Positions 24,689 through 37,282 of a stretch of DNA of 64,000 nucleotides are shown here, piece by piece. Position 1 is the stretch's first letter; each line of letters begins with the position of its first letter. Position numbers and translations under genes: made by a program. This DNA is from Mustelus asterias. Taxonomy: Eukaryota. Under the pieces are notes generated by a model. That model was not told the DNA's origin, ran no database searches, and was given only the letters and a program-made list of their open reading frames with translations. The stretch spans positions 42,842,001-42,906,000 of the forward strand of contig NC_135817.1 in NCBI RefSeq assembly GCF_964213995.1. The letters are read 5' to 3'.

Positions 24689-26005
24689 GGCAGGATCAGA
24701 CAGAGTCAGCATGGATTAATGAAGGGGAAATCATGTTTGACAAATCTGTTGGAATTCTTTGAAGATGTAACTAGTAGAGTTGACAAGGGGGAGTCCGTCG
24801 GTGTGGTATATTTGGACTTTCAGAAGGCGTTTGACAAAGTCTCACATAAGGGGCCATTGTACAAGATTAAAGCACATGGGATTGGTGGAAGTATCTTGAG
24901 AGGGATAGAAAACTGGTTGGCAGAGAGAAAACAAAGAACAGGAATTAATGGGTGCTTTTCAAATTGACGGGCAGTAACTAGTGGGGTGCCACAGAGATCG
25001 GTGCTGGGACCCCAGCTATTCACAATATACATTACTGATTTGGATGAGGGAACAAAATGTAACATCTCAAAGTTTGCAAATGATACCAAGTTGAATGGGA
25101 GGGCGAACTGTGACGAGGATGTAAAAATCCTTCAGCATGATCTGGACAGTTTGGGTGAGTGGGCAAATCAATGGCAGATGCAGTATCATTTGGATAAGTG
25201 TGAGGTTATTCACTTTGGAAGCAAAAACAAGAAGGCAGATTACTACCTGAATGGCTATATATTGGGAGAGGGGAGTGTGCAGTGGGACCTGGGTGTCCTT
25301 GTGCACCAGTCACTGAAGGTAAGCTTGCAGGTGCAGCAGGTGGTAAAGAAGGCAAATGGCATGTTGGTCATCACTGCGAGAGGTCTCAAGTACAGGGGCA
25401 GGGATGTGTTGTTGCAATTATATAGGGCCTTGGTGAGGCTACCCCTGTGTGCAGTTTTAGTCTCCTTTTCTGAGGAAGGATGTTCTTGCTCTCGAGGGAG
25501 TGCAGCGAAGGTTTATCAGGCTGATTCTGGGGATGGTGGGACTGATGTATGAGGAGAGATTGACTAGGTTAGGATTGTTTTCATTGGAGTTCAGATGAAT
25601 GGGGGGGGGGGGGGAGATCTTAAAGAAACTGAAAAACTTCTAACAGGACTAGACAGGGTAGATGCAGGAAGGATGTTCCTGTTGGTGGAGGTGTCCAGAA
25701 CCAGGGGTCACAGTCTGAGGATTCAGGATAGACCATTTAGGACGGATATGAGGAGACATTTCTTCACCCAAAGAGTGGTCAGCCTGTGGAATTCATTTCC
25801 ACAGGAAGTAATTGATGCCAAAACATTGAATGTATTCAAGAGGCGGCTATATATAGCACCAGGGGCGAACAGGTTCAAAGGTTTTGGGGAGAAAGCAGGA
25901 TTAGGCTATTGAGTTGGATGATCAGGCATGATTTTGATGAATGGTGAAGCAGGCTTGAAGGGCAGAATGGCCTCCTCATGTTCCTATATTCTGTGTTTCT
26001 ATGTT
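24689..26005 (+). mobile_element. CR1 LINE, RT plus 3' end, frameshifted
   Basis: ORFs 24719, 24986 and 25595 give KGKSCLTNLLEFFE, YLDFQKAFDKV, SKFANDTKL and TRGHSLRI. (TTTCTATG)n tail. Confidence 0.95.
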
Positions 26006-26449
26006 TTTATTATTTGTGACATTGAGACATAAAAGACCAACACCCGTATTGTATTTAATAAGAAAGTGAATGCATAGAGCATTAATGTTCCCTCACTCCC
26101 TGGCTTCCACTGCCTTCAATAGTTTCTTTGTGGACATGCTCTGCATCTTTTATATGAATGGGTTATCCATGTTCTGCATGGTATTTGCATGTCGAAACTA
26201 TAAAAATGGCTATTACCAATTATATGGCAGACAATGAATCCTGATTTTAGTGCTCTTAAATCTTAATACTTAATCCCTGATTGTATTGAACAGACTGCCG
26301 AGAACAGTATTGACCGAACTGGAGTCAGGTGACTGTGTCAGCAAAATAAGGAAGTTACACTAGTTTTTATGTTTGATAAAGTAAAAGTGGAACAGCTAGC
26401 TCTTTATAAAGCAACAATAAAATCTTTTATGTGAGTTTACCATCTGATA

Positions 26450-27246
26450 TCAATTGTGCCCAGAAAGGCACAAAGTTTCTGAGCATGAGTTTGACTGGAT
26501 TTCAATATCATTACTATGCGTGTTTCCCCCTCTCAGATGCTTCCCACCTCTTCGGCGAGACATCACACCAGCACAAATTAATACTAGTGGACACCAGATA
26601 CGATGTCCACGGATCGGAGCCCATTGAGGCCCACTGGTGGTTGGGGGCATGGCCGGGCAGTGCCCATGGGCAGTGCCCACCTAGCACACTGGCAGTGTCG
26701 GATGGGCACTGTATGTGTGCTAGGGGCAGTGCCAAGTGGTGGGGCCTGAGTGGGGGTGGGGCCAGAGAGGGGGCAATGACAAGGGGGTGGGCTATGATGG
26801 GGGGGGCTATTCTCGGGGGAGTTGTGCAGAGAGGTCATGTAGGGGTAGCTTTGCAGGAGGTTCGTGCAGGGGTGGATCACGAAGGGAGTCATGATGGGAG
26901 ATCCATCGGGAGAGCCCAGATGCCCCAATGTCAGCAATGGGTATTGGGGAGGGGGTGGGGAACATGCTGTCGATGGGGAGGGTCTCCATGTCCGTGGGGG
27001 GAGGACAGTGGTCTCCGAGTGCACAATGAGATTGGGGCACGGAATGGCATCCGAGCTCCCTATAGCTGGCTCACTGGCATGTTTAGGCCCCATCCTCCTC
27101 AGTACCAGCACACAACTCACCACTCTCCAAAAAAGTGACTGCATATCGAAAGATTGTGATGTGGAGCACGCCTGAGAAACTGGCACAGTACATCCTATTT
27201 TTCTCATCATTATGACACTTAGATATTATTTGGGAAAATTCTGCCC
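26450..27246. mobile_element. Non-autonomous Harbinger derivative, left end lost
   Basis: Right TIR gggaaaattctgccc (27232-27246). Homologous to 5070-5933. Confidence 0.7.
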
Positions 27247-28764
27247 TGTTTATCTGATTCAAAGTCCAAATCATAAATGTAAATTGTGAAGAGCAGCAGT
27301 CAGAACTCTGATCCCACCTTTCACCACTCCTAATAACTACTTTTTACTCCCACTCTCTGCTTTCTGTCTGGAAGCTAGCTAACAATCCATCTGCCACTGA
27401 ATGCCCTGACTCTACATTCTTTGACCTTATTTATTAGTCCGTTAGTCTAATAAGTTTATGCTCTTTGCATATTTATCTATAGTTCTTGCGGCTGATTCTG
27501 TGATTCTCTACTAATTTGTTTTCCAGTTGATCAGTAATATGAAAAGCTATTCATTGGGATACACCAATATTAATTTCATAAAATCATACAGTGCAGAAGA
27601 GGCCCTCTGGCCCATCGAGTTCGCACCAACACACTAAAAACACCTGAACTCCCACCTAATCCTATCTGCAAGCACTTGGCGCATAGTTCTGAATGTTATG
27701 ATGCGCCAAGTGCTCATCCAGATACTTTTTAAATGATGCGAGGCAACCCGCCTCCACCACCCTCGCAGGCAGCGCATTCCAGACCGCCACCACCCTCTGG
27801 GTAAAAAAGTTTTTCCTCACATTCCCCCTAAACCTCCTACCCCTCACCTTGAACCTATGTCCCCTCGTGAGGGACCCTTCAACTAAGGGGAATAGCTGCT
27901 CCCTATCCACCCTGTCCATGCCTCTCATAATTTTGTACACCTCGATCAGATCACCCCTCAGTCTTCTCTGCTCTAACGAAAACAATCCAAGCCTATCCAA
28001 CCTCGCTTCATAACTTAAATGTTCCATCCCAGGCAACATTCTGGTGAATCCCCTTTGCACCCCTTCCAGTGCAACCACATTCTTCCAATAATGTGGCGAC
28101 TAGAACTGTGCACAGAACTCTAGCTGTGGCCTCATCAAAGTTCTATACAACTCCACCATGACTTCCCTACTTTTGTAATCTATGCCTCAATTGATAAAGG
28201 CAAGTGTCCCATATGCCCTTTTTCACCATCCTACTAACATGCCCTTCCACTTTCAGAGATATTACTGGACAAACACGCAAACGTCCCTTTGTTCCACACA
28301 ACTTCCTAGTGTCCTACCATTCATTGAGTACTTTCTAGTCAAACTACTCCTTCCAAAATATATCACCTCACACTTTTCAGGGTTAAATTCTATCTGCCAC
28401 TTACCTGCCCATTTGACTATCTGCCCGTTTTGAAGCCCAAGACACTCACCCTTACTGTTAACCACCGTCCAATCTTTGTGTCATCCGCAAATTTACTAAT
28501 TCTACCCTCACATAATCATCAATGTCATTTATATAATGACGAATGATAGGAGGACCAACACAGATCTCTGTGGTACGCCATTGGACACTGGCTTCCAGTC
28601 ACTAAAGCAGCCTTCTGTCACTCTGTCTCCTACAACTAAGCCAATTTTGAAAGCACTTTATTAAATTACTGCGTATCCCATGTGAATTTACCTTCTTTAT
28701 AAGTTTCCGATGTGGGACCTTGTCAAAGGCTTTGCTGAAATCCATATAAACTACAACGACATAG

Positions 28765-30181
28765 GATCAGAGGAGAACTGGCAAAATAGTTAGAGAACTG
28801 GCTTGGGTATAGAGGACAGAGGGTAGCAGTAGATGGGTGCTTTTCTGAATGGAGGCTGTGACTAGCAATGCTCCACAGGGATCAGTTCTGGGATCTTTGC
28901 TGTTTGTAGTATACATAAATGATTTGGAGGAAAATGTAGCTGGTTTGATTAGAAAGTTCGCAGATGACACAAAAATTGGTGGAGTTGCGGATAGTGAAGA
29001 GGATTGTCAGATGATACAACAAGATTTAGACCGACTGGAGACTTAGGCAGAGAAATGGCAGGTGGAGTTTAATCAGGACAAATGTGAGGTAATACATTTT
29101 GGAAGGTCCAATGCAGTAGGAATTATGCAATAAATGATAGAACCCTTAGGAGTATTGGCAGGCAGAGAGGCCTGGGCATATATGTCCACCAATCACTGAA
29201 AGTGGCAATGCAGGTGGATAAGGTAGTCAAGAAGGCATACAGCATGCTTGCCTTCATCGGTCGGGGCATTGAGTATAAAAATTGGTAGGTCATGCTGCAG
29301 CTGTACAGAACCTTAGTTAGGCCTCATTTGGGATATTGTGTACAATTCTGGTTGCCACCCTAGCAGAAGGGTGTGGATGCTTTGGAGAGGGTACAGAAGA
29401 GGTTTATCAGGATGTTGCCTGGTCTGGAGGGTATTAGCTATGAGGAGAGGTTGGATAAACTCAGTTTGTTCTCACTGGAACGATGGAGGTTGAGGGGTGA
29501 CCCGATAGAGGTTTACAAGATTGTAAAGTTGCTTTAGTTTCAGTTGCTTTAGTTTCCTCTGGAGACAGGGGAGTGATCCAATCCACAAAATAAGTCAGGT
29601 GTCATTGGGCAGCCATATTTTTGTGGTTAGTTTGGAAAGGTACAAATTAATTTGAAGTGCAGAATGTAATAGAAAATGATACATCACTAATATTCTTCAT
29701 GTTGCTGAGCACAAATATATCAAGAGAAGCATTTAAGGTCACCAGGCAGCTCAGTTGATAAAGCAAAAACTTGATTGTGTCATGCAGACAATATAAAGTT
29801 AAAGTTTTTTAACTTAAATTTACAAGATTATGGACAGATTATGGCATGGACAGAGTGGATAGTCAGATGCTCTCTGCTAGGGTAGAAAAGTCAAGTACTA
29901 GGGGACATAGGTTTAAGGTGGGGAAAAGTTTGGAGGGGATGTGTGAGGCACGTTTTTTACACAGAGTGGTGAATGTGTACAACACACTACCCAGAGAGGT
30001 GGTGGGAGCAGGTATGATAGCAGTATTTAAGGGGCATCTAGACGAATACATGAATAGGATGGGAATGGAAGGATATGGACTCCATAAGTGGATACGATTT
30101 TAGTTTAGGCAGGCATCGTGATCGACGGAAGCTTGAAGGGCCAAAGGGCCTGTTCCTGCACCGTACTGTTCTTTGTTCTTT
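28765..30181 (+). mobile_element. CR1 LINE nested in another CR1 and itself interrupted at 29523-29818
   Basis: PQGSVLGSLLF..KFADDTKIGG. (GTTCTTT)n tail at 30165-30181. Confidence 0.92.
29523..29818. other. Unidentified 296-bp insertion with an 11-bp TSD
   Basis: TTTACAAGATT at 29512-29522 and 29819-29829, inside CR1 ORF2. Confidence 0.8.
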
Positions 30182-30469
30182 GATTGCACTACCCTCGTCT
30201 ACACACCTGGTCACCTCCTCAACAAATTCAATCAAATTTGTTCGGCATGACCTCCCTCTGATGAAGCCATGCTGACTGTCCCTGATCAAGCTTTGCCTCG
30301 GATGAGCTAAGTAATAAAGATTTGGCTAAAAATAATTCCAAATTCTTTTTTCTTTCCTCAATGCCTCTTGTCTGAAATGAAGCTTTCAAACACAACAAAA
30401 TATGAAGCAATTATGTATTTCACAATAGATTTACCTACAGGATAATGCTTTTGGAATCTAGGTGGTGAT

Positions 30470-30745
30470 GACATACTTCACTGCAATGAAATTGCTGTGA
30501 AAATTCCCTAGTCACCACATTCAGGTGCCTGTTCGGGTACACTGAGGGAGAATTTAGCATGGCCAATGCATCCAACCAGCACATCTTTCAGAGTGTGGGA
30601 GGAAACCGGAGCATTCAGAGGAAACCCATGCAGACACAGGTAGAACATGCAGACTCCGCACAAACAGTGACCCCAAGCTGGGATTTGAACCCGTGTCCCT
30701 GGCGCTGTGAGGCAGCAGTGTTAACCACTGTGCTACCATGCCACC
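30470..30745 (-). mobile_element. HE1-like V-SINE, same tail subfamily as 11263-11495
   Basis: tRNA head plus V-domain. Tail ctagggaattttcacagcaatttcattgcagt. Confidence 0.9.
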
Positions 30746-30973
30746 ACAAGTGGATTTTATGTTTAAAACTAGCTTCAAGCAAGGACCAGAAAGGGACATC
30801 GGGCAGCTGCAAACTGATCACATTCCCATGGCACTTGCAGTGCTGCCACATGTTGGTCCTTTTCAATATTGCTGGATTGACATTTCAAATCCTTCAAACT
30901 CCCCACCTTTGTGTGATATGATCCTTACAAATGGGTGAAAAGACCAACAGTGGCTGGTCTTATTTAAAGTAAA

Positions 30974-32105
30974 TGTTACTCAGAATGCATTTGAAAGGAT
31001 GGATGTTTCTCTTGTTTACTGTTTCTAACAATTCTTGCACTTTTGTAGTAACCGATAGATTTTATAAAGTCAAACTTCAAGTAAATAGATGAAAGGATTA
31101 CATGACAAGATTTCACATTTTAAGACTTTTACTGTAACAAACAAATTAAAAATAACATAGACAATAAACAGTATTTCAGTCAGCAATTTATAATCTAAAC
31201 TACAGAAAAGATCCCCATTTAATCGTTAAAGTGACCAAAAATCCCCTTGTACAGATAATGTTGCCTCTCACATAGATACTACATTCTCCTGAAACCAGTC
31301 CAAAGTGATTCTCAGCTCCTTTTTACATTTTCCAACTGGATAATTTCTAATCCCTGAATGAACTTTTGCAGTGTGGAAATTCCTCCTCCAGCCAAAGCCA
31401 TGCAAAATTTCCAACTTAATTTAAACTCTCACAACTTTGATCTCTGCAATCCATATTGTAGGTGCAGCACAATAGAGACTTGTTGCCTCTATCCCTCAGC
31501 TTTCCTCCCCTTCTCTCTCACTCTCTCAAACTTTCACAGATGGTCCCTATCTGTAAGCTTCAGTGATATTTTTAGGAAAACCTGTAACCTGATCTTATAA
31601 TGTCTTCCTATAGACATTTCCCCTCAGAAAGCCATCTCCGTGGCAATGTGAATCACATGGGCCTTGTATCTAGGTGCATATGCTAATTATCTATCTTCAA
31701 GGCACCTAACTTCATTCTTTATTGGGATAAAATAGACAGCTTTAAGTATAACCAATTTCAAAACCTGAAAGTCCCAACACTTCAGAAACTAACAGTCTAT
31801 CTACCATCAGCACAACTGCTCTGGTCGTCGTTTACAGGAGTGAATATCTTGCACCTGCTTTCCAGTAAAACAATTTGGTCACCCAATGGTGTGATGAGTC
31901 TCAGGCCATTATGACTGACTGTTGGCTGTTTTGTAATTTTAAAATGTTGAGGACCAGCTTTAACCTTTCATAACCAAGACATTCAGACATGTTGTCAGCA
32001 GAATTCAAAACAGATCATATGATGCCTTCATTCCTCCACTTACCCTAAGTTAAAGTCAGCGTTCCAAAACCTAGCAATCTTACAAAATCTCACATTTGTA
32101 ATACA
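30974..32105 (-). mobile_element. Possible solo LTR
   Basis: TGTTA...ATACA ends and LTR-like composition. No TSD confirmed. Confidence 0.3.
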
Positions 32106-32593
32106 ATGTTTTCCATTTGAAACATGTGCCCCTGTGAGAAGCCTACGGCTTGAATTTCTGAGTTTCCTCTCGAGCTTTCACTCTAAACTGCATTAAACAG
32201 CTCACCTAGGCTGCAGAGTACAATTACCAGAATGCTTCAGTGTGAATTTTTGCAAACGTACTGGAGAGAAAATTTCCAGACTACATTTATGGCAGATTCA
32301 TCAAACAATCAGTCATTACTTCCAGAATTGAACTGCTTGAGGCATTAGTGTGTCTTATTTCTCAGCAAAGACACTAATATAGGATAAAACATGAACTTTT
32401 TAAACTTAATTTGAGGTAAAATTAATGCAAAAGAATTTAACTACTTTCAAGAGAAAATAAGAGATATTGGAGAGAAAACAAACAAGAGAGAGGGAGAGAG
32501 AGAGATAAAGAGACTATTTGAAAAAAAAGGTGGTTGCTTCTACTGCTGGTCCTCAACACTTGAAAATTACAAAACCTGCATATAAATTTATTT

Positions 32594-32942
32594 CAACAAC
32601 ACCAGGTTAAAGTCCAATAGGTTTATTTGGTAGTAAATACCATTAGCTTTCGGAGCGCTGCTCCTTCGTCAGATGGAGTGGAAATGTGCTCTCAAACAAG
32701 GCATAGAAACACAAAATCAAGTTACAGAATACTGATTAGAATGCGAATCCCTACAGCCAACCAGATCTTAAAGATACAGACAATGTGGGTGGAGGGAGCA
32801 TTAAGCACAGGTTAAAGAGATGTGTATTGTCTCCAGACAGGACAGCCTGCAAGTCCAGGAGGCAAGCTGTGGGGGTTACTGATAATGTGACATAAATCCA
32901 ACATCCCGGTTTAGGCCGTCCTCACGTGTGCGGAACTTGGCC
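32594..32942 (-). mobile_element. Penelope-like element terminal (pLTR) fragment with an intact hammerhead-like core
   Basis: End of the GIY-YIG ORF, AKFRTREDGLNRDVGFMSHYQ*. The minus strand at 32672-32648 reads CTGACGA-A-GGAGC-AGC-GCTCC-GAAA. Confidence 0.85.
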
Positions 32943-33159
32943 AATATTTTACATGACTAAGATAATGAGCACAAATAGAAAAGACTGCCATTCACTAAAG
33001 GTCTAATTGACCTAAATGAATATATGACCCGTTGGAGCTTGCCTGATGATGCTTGCTTGACTGAACTGTTCTTTACTCAGCCAAAAAATCTGGCTCATGG
33101 TCATTTTCTTCATGTTTTCTTTCTTTTCCTACTTGTTACACGTATGTGCACTGAGAATC

Positions 33160-33680
33160 ATAGAATGGGTATAGCACAGAAGGAGGTCATTGGCCTGTCA
33201 TGTTTGTGCTTCTTCTCTGAAAGTGCAATTCATCGAGTACCACTCCTCTACCTTCTCCCCATAGCTCTGCACATTTTTATTTTCAAAGTGAAGATTGTGC
33301 CCTGTGTACCAAGGTTCCAGACATAAATATATATATCAGAAATAGCAGGGGTCTGACCCCTGGGAAACTTCACTAAATACCTTCCTGCAATTCAAGAAAC
33401 AACCATTAATCATTACCCTCTGTTTGCTGTCACACAGCCAATTACATATTCATGTAGCTCTTGTCTCTTTTATTCCATGAGCTCTAATATTGTTCCCAAA
33501 TCTACTGTGCGGCACTTTATCAAATCCTTTTAGCTGTCCATGAATACCAGATCAGCATTACCCTCCTCAACCCTCCCTGTTACCTCATTAAAAAAATTCA
33601 AGCAAGTTAGTTAAACATGATTTGCCCTTAACAAATCTGTGCTGGCTTTTGTTAATTAACTTACATTTGCCCAAGTTCGC
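33160..33680 (-). mobile_element. Old CR1 fragments
   Basis: CR1 tail at 33160-33200. RT segment gttaaacatgatttgcccttaacaaatc. Confidence 0.7.
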
Positions 33681-33853
33681 ATTTAGAAACATAGAAACTA
33701 AAAGCAGGAATAGGCCATTTGGCCTTTCAGTCTGCTCTGCCATTCATTATGATCATGGCTGATCATCAAATTCAATATCCTGTTCCCCCCTTCCCCCCAT
33801 ATCCCTTGACCACTTTAGCCCCAAGAGCCATATCTAATTTCTTCTTGAAATCA

Positions 33854-34648
33854 TGGTGTGGCGATGCCGGCGTTGAACGAGGGTGGGCACAGTAAGAAGT
33901 CTCATAACACCAGGCTGAGTCCAACTGGTTTATTTGGAATCACGAGCTTCTGGAGCGCTGCTCCTTCATCAGGTGAGTGGAGAGTTGGATTCACAAACAT
34001 GTCACATATAGACAGAGATGCAATTTCAGGATAATGGTTGGAATGCGAGTCTTAACAGGTAATCAAGTCTTTACAGTACGGACAATGCGAGTGGAGAGAG
34101 GGATAATCACAGGTGTGAGTTGTCTCAAGCCAGGACAGTCAGGAGGAATTATGCAAGCCTAGGCAAAATGGTGGCATGCCATGTCATGTGGCATGAACCC
34201 AAGATCCCGGTTGAGGCCATACTCATGCATGCGGAACTTGGCCATCAGTTTCTGCTTGGCGATTCTGCATTGTCGTGTATCTTGGAGGCTGCCTTGGAGA
34301 ACGCTTACCCGAAGATCAGAGGCTGAATGCCATTTACTGCTGAAGTGTTGCCCGACAGGAAGGGAACACTGCTGTCTGGTGATTGTCGTGCAGTGTCCAT
34401 TCATCTGTTGTCGTAGCATTTGCATGGTCTCGCCGATGTACCACACCTCAGGACATTCTTTCCTGCAGCGTATGAGGTAGAAAACGTTGGCCGAATCGCA
34501 TGAGTATGTACCGTGTACCTGGTGGGTGGTATTCTCACATGTGATGGTGGTATCCGTGTTGATGATCCGGCACGTCTTGCAGAGGTTGCCGTGGCAGTGT
34601 TGTGTGGTGTCGTGGTCGCTGTTTTCCTGCAGGCTGGATAGTTTGTTG
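33854..34648 (-). mobile_element. Penelope-like retroelement, 5'-truncated
   Basis: 13-bp TSD CTTCTTGAAATCA (33841-53, 34649-61). Contains a GIY-YIG domain and a terminus with a decayed hammerhead core (33972-33948). Confidence 0.92.
34159..34648 (-). pseudogene. Penelope GIY-YIG endonuclease domain fragment
   Basis: CHGNLCKTC..SCDSANVFYLIRC..WYIGETMQMLRQQMNGH..VGQHFS..GLNRD. Confidence 0.92.
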
Positions 34649-36204
34649 CTTCTTGAAATCAGACAAAGTTTTGGCCTCAATGACTTTCTGTGGTAGTGTA
34701 TTCCACACTCAGTACTCTCTGGTGAAGAAATTTCTGCTCACCTCAGTTCTAAAAGGTTTACCCCTTATCCTCAAACTATGACCCCTAGTTCTGGAATCCA
34801 CCACGACCGGGAACATTCTTTCTGAATCTACCCTGTCTAATCCTGTTAGAATTTTATAAATTTCTATGAGATTCCCTCTCACTCTTCTAATCTCCAGTGA
34901 ATATAATCCTAACCAACTTAGTCTCTCCTCATATGACAGACTTGCCATCCCAGGAATCAGCCTGGTAAACCTTCACTATACTTCCTCTCCAGCACGGACA
35001 TCCGTCCTCAGATAAAGAACCCAAAACTGCACACAATATTCTAGGTGTGGCTTCACTAATACCTTATACAATTGCAGTAAAACATTCCTATTCCTTTACT
35101 CAAATCCTCTCACTATGAAGGCCAACATACCATTTGCCTTCTTTATTGCCTGCTGTACCTGTGTGCTTACTTTCAGTGACTGATGCACGAGGACACCAAT
35201 GTCTAACTGAGTATCCACCTCCCTCAATTTACACTCATTCAAGCAATAATCTGTCTTCCTATTATTGCTACCAATGTGGATAACCTCACATTGTTCCATA
35301 TTATACTGCATCTGCCATGCAGGTGCCCACACACTCAGCCTGTCCAAATCACACTGAAGCATCTCTGCATCCTCCTCACAGCTTACCCTCCCACCCAACT
35401 TTGTATCATCTGCAAATCTGAAGATAATATATTTAGTTCCCTCTTCCAAATCATTAATATATCATGTGAACAGTTGGGGTCCTAGCACAGATCCCTCAGT
35501 AGTCACCTGCCTGCGAATCAGAAAAAGACCCATTTATGACAACTCTTTGCTTCCTATCTGCTAACCAGCTTTCTAGCCATCTCAAGACATTACCTGTAAT
35601 CCAATGTGCTTTAACTCTACATAGTAGTCTGTTATGTGAGACCTTGTCAAAAGCCTTCTGAAAATCTAAATAAACCACATCCACTGGTTCTCCTTGGTCA
35701 ACTCTATTAGCTACATCCTCAAAGAATTCCAACAGATTCATCAAGCATGATTTCCCTTCTATAAATCCATGCTGACTTTGTTTGATTGTACCACTGCCTT
35801 TCAAATGCTGAGGTATGAAATCCTTGATAATGAACTCTAGCAGCTTCTCCAATACCGACGTTAGGTTCACTGGTCTATAGTTCCCTGTTTTACTCTACCT
35901 CCCTTTTTGAATATTGAGTTCTGAATTATCATGTCTGGAAGCTTCCCAACACTGAGGTTGAACTGGCTGGCCTATATTTCTGGGATTATCTTTACAGCCT
36001 TTTTTGAACAAGGGTTTAACATTTGCAAGTGTCCGAGACAAAATTTAACTAAATTTAAGTATACAACAAGAATCTTGGAAATATTGGCTGGACATTGCTC
36101 TCTGATCTGTCGAGGTAACAAAATCAGTTCATTTGGTCGCTTATGGTGTGCTTGGCTAAATCCTTAGTGGAAGTGTGCACCATCTATCAATTTTCCTCAG
36201 CTGA

Positions 36205-36552
36205 TATCAGCCTTGGTTCATTAGTAACACTCTCAGCCTTGAGTCAGGTGGATGGTGTGAATTTAAGTTCCACTCTTGACAGTTGAGCATGTAATCCAGT
36301 TGACATTCCCATGTAATGGTGAGAGAACATTGCACTGTCGGAGATGCAGTCTTTTGGATGAAATCTTAAACTAAGGCCCTGTCTGCTCTCTCAGGTGGAC
36401 ATAAAAGATACAATTACACTAATTGATGAGGAGAAGCACAGGTCTCCGGGACAATATTTATCCCTCAATCAATACCAGAAACAAATTTTGGTCATTGTTT
36501 CATTGTTGTTTGTGCGCAAATTGGCTACCACTTTTGCTACATTGCAACAGTT
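36205..36552 (+). mobile_element. DeuSINE (SacSINE1-like), near full length
   Basis: tRNA-like head. Deu domain gtcttttggatgaaatcttaaactaaggccctgtctgctctctcaggtggacataaaagat. Confidence 0.8.
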
Positions 36553-37282
36553 GGAGGAAAGTCCATGTTTAATACAGGCAATTCATTTTAGTTCATTTAG
36601 GGTCACAATCAAAGAATCAAAGAATAACAATGAATCTAATGTGAAATTCTGCTTAAGTGTAGTCAATATAAGACACTAATATCATATTACATGAACCTTT
36701 ATCTGTAGCTACATCCTTACTTGAAAAGTGAAATATGCTGCATGGGCCTAATCCTGTGCAAAGTGCTATGAGATCAGCCATGATTGAGAGAATCCAAGGA
36801 TACTCCCTAACCATTAACACTTACCAGTTAAACTTGAGATAAAAGGCCCCATTGTGTGAAGACAACTGTGTTGAGTTTTCAACTCTTCAGTCATTTGTCT
36901 CAAATTGCTTTAGCCTTTTAACTTAAAGTGCCTTAAAGAGAAACAATCATTTTATTTTTAAGTATATAACAAACCTATGCATTACTTTGGTCCTGTACTT
37001 GGGTTCTGTAACCTTGAGAATCAGGTCCTGTAATCAGTTTTTGTAGTTATATAGTTTTTGTGACTTTTATTCTTTATGAACATGTACCATGCTATGTGTT
37101 ATACATCTATCTTGTTACCTCAGTTTAACACACTGGTTGTCTCTATGCATTGAATTTTAAACATACTTTGTAAAGATTTCTTGTTGGAGTAACTTTGTAA
37201 TTGAGTGTGTGTGCCTTTTGTACTCGTTGTTCCTTTTTAAATAACTTATTCCAGGCATCAGCAGTCACTAGGAAGTCACAAA

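Larger units (their letters stand above)
27577..30297 (-). mobile_element. CR1 LINE split by a nested opposite-strand CR1 (parts 27577-28756 and 30181-30297)
   Basis: ORF 27662-28078 is the C-terminus. The RT segment QHGFIRGRSCRTNLIEFVEEV (30181-30289) continues directly into [14 protein letters not shown] (~28700-28756). Confidence 0.9.
33684..35912 (-). mobile_element. CR1 LINE (RT to 3' end) with a nested Penelope element
   Basis: ORFs 35496-35870, 35096-35449 and 34709-34948 (YLDFQKAFDKV, FADDTKLGG). (TTTCTATG)n tail. Confidence 0.95.

Noticed and set aside
26431-27210. Overlapping 235-aa and 208-aa ORFs
   Set aside because: GC-rich MITE body with few stop codons and low-complexity Gly/Pro peptides. 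The homologous copy at 5070-5933 does not keep the frames.
32206-32260. 55-nt minus-strand exon candidate with good splice sites
   Set aside because: It lies inside a small TIR-bounded element (ggcttgaatttct ... agaaaatttccagac, ~32147-32282), and two of three frames are closed.
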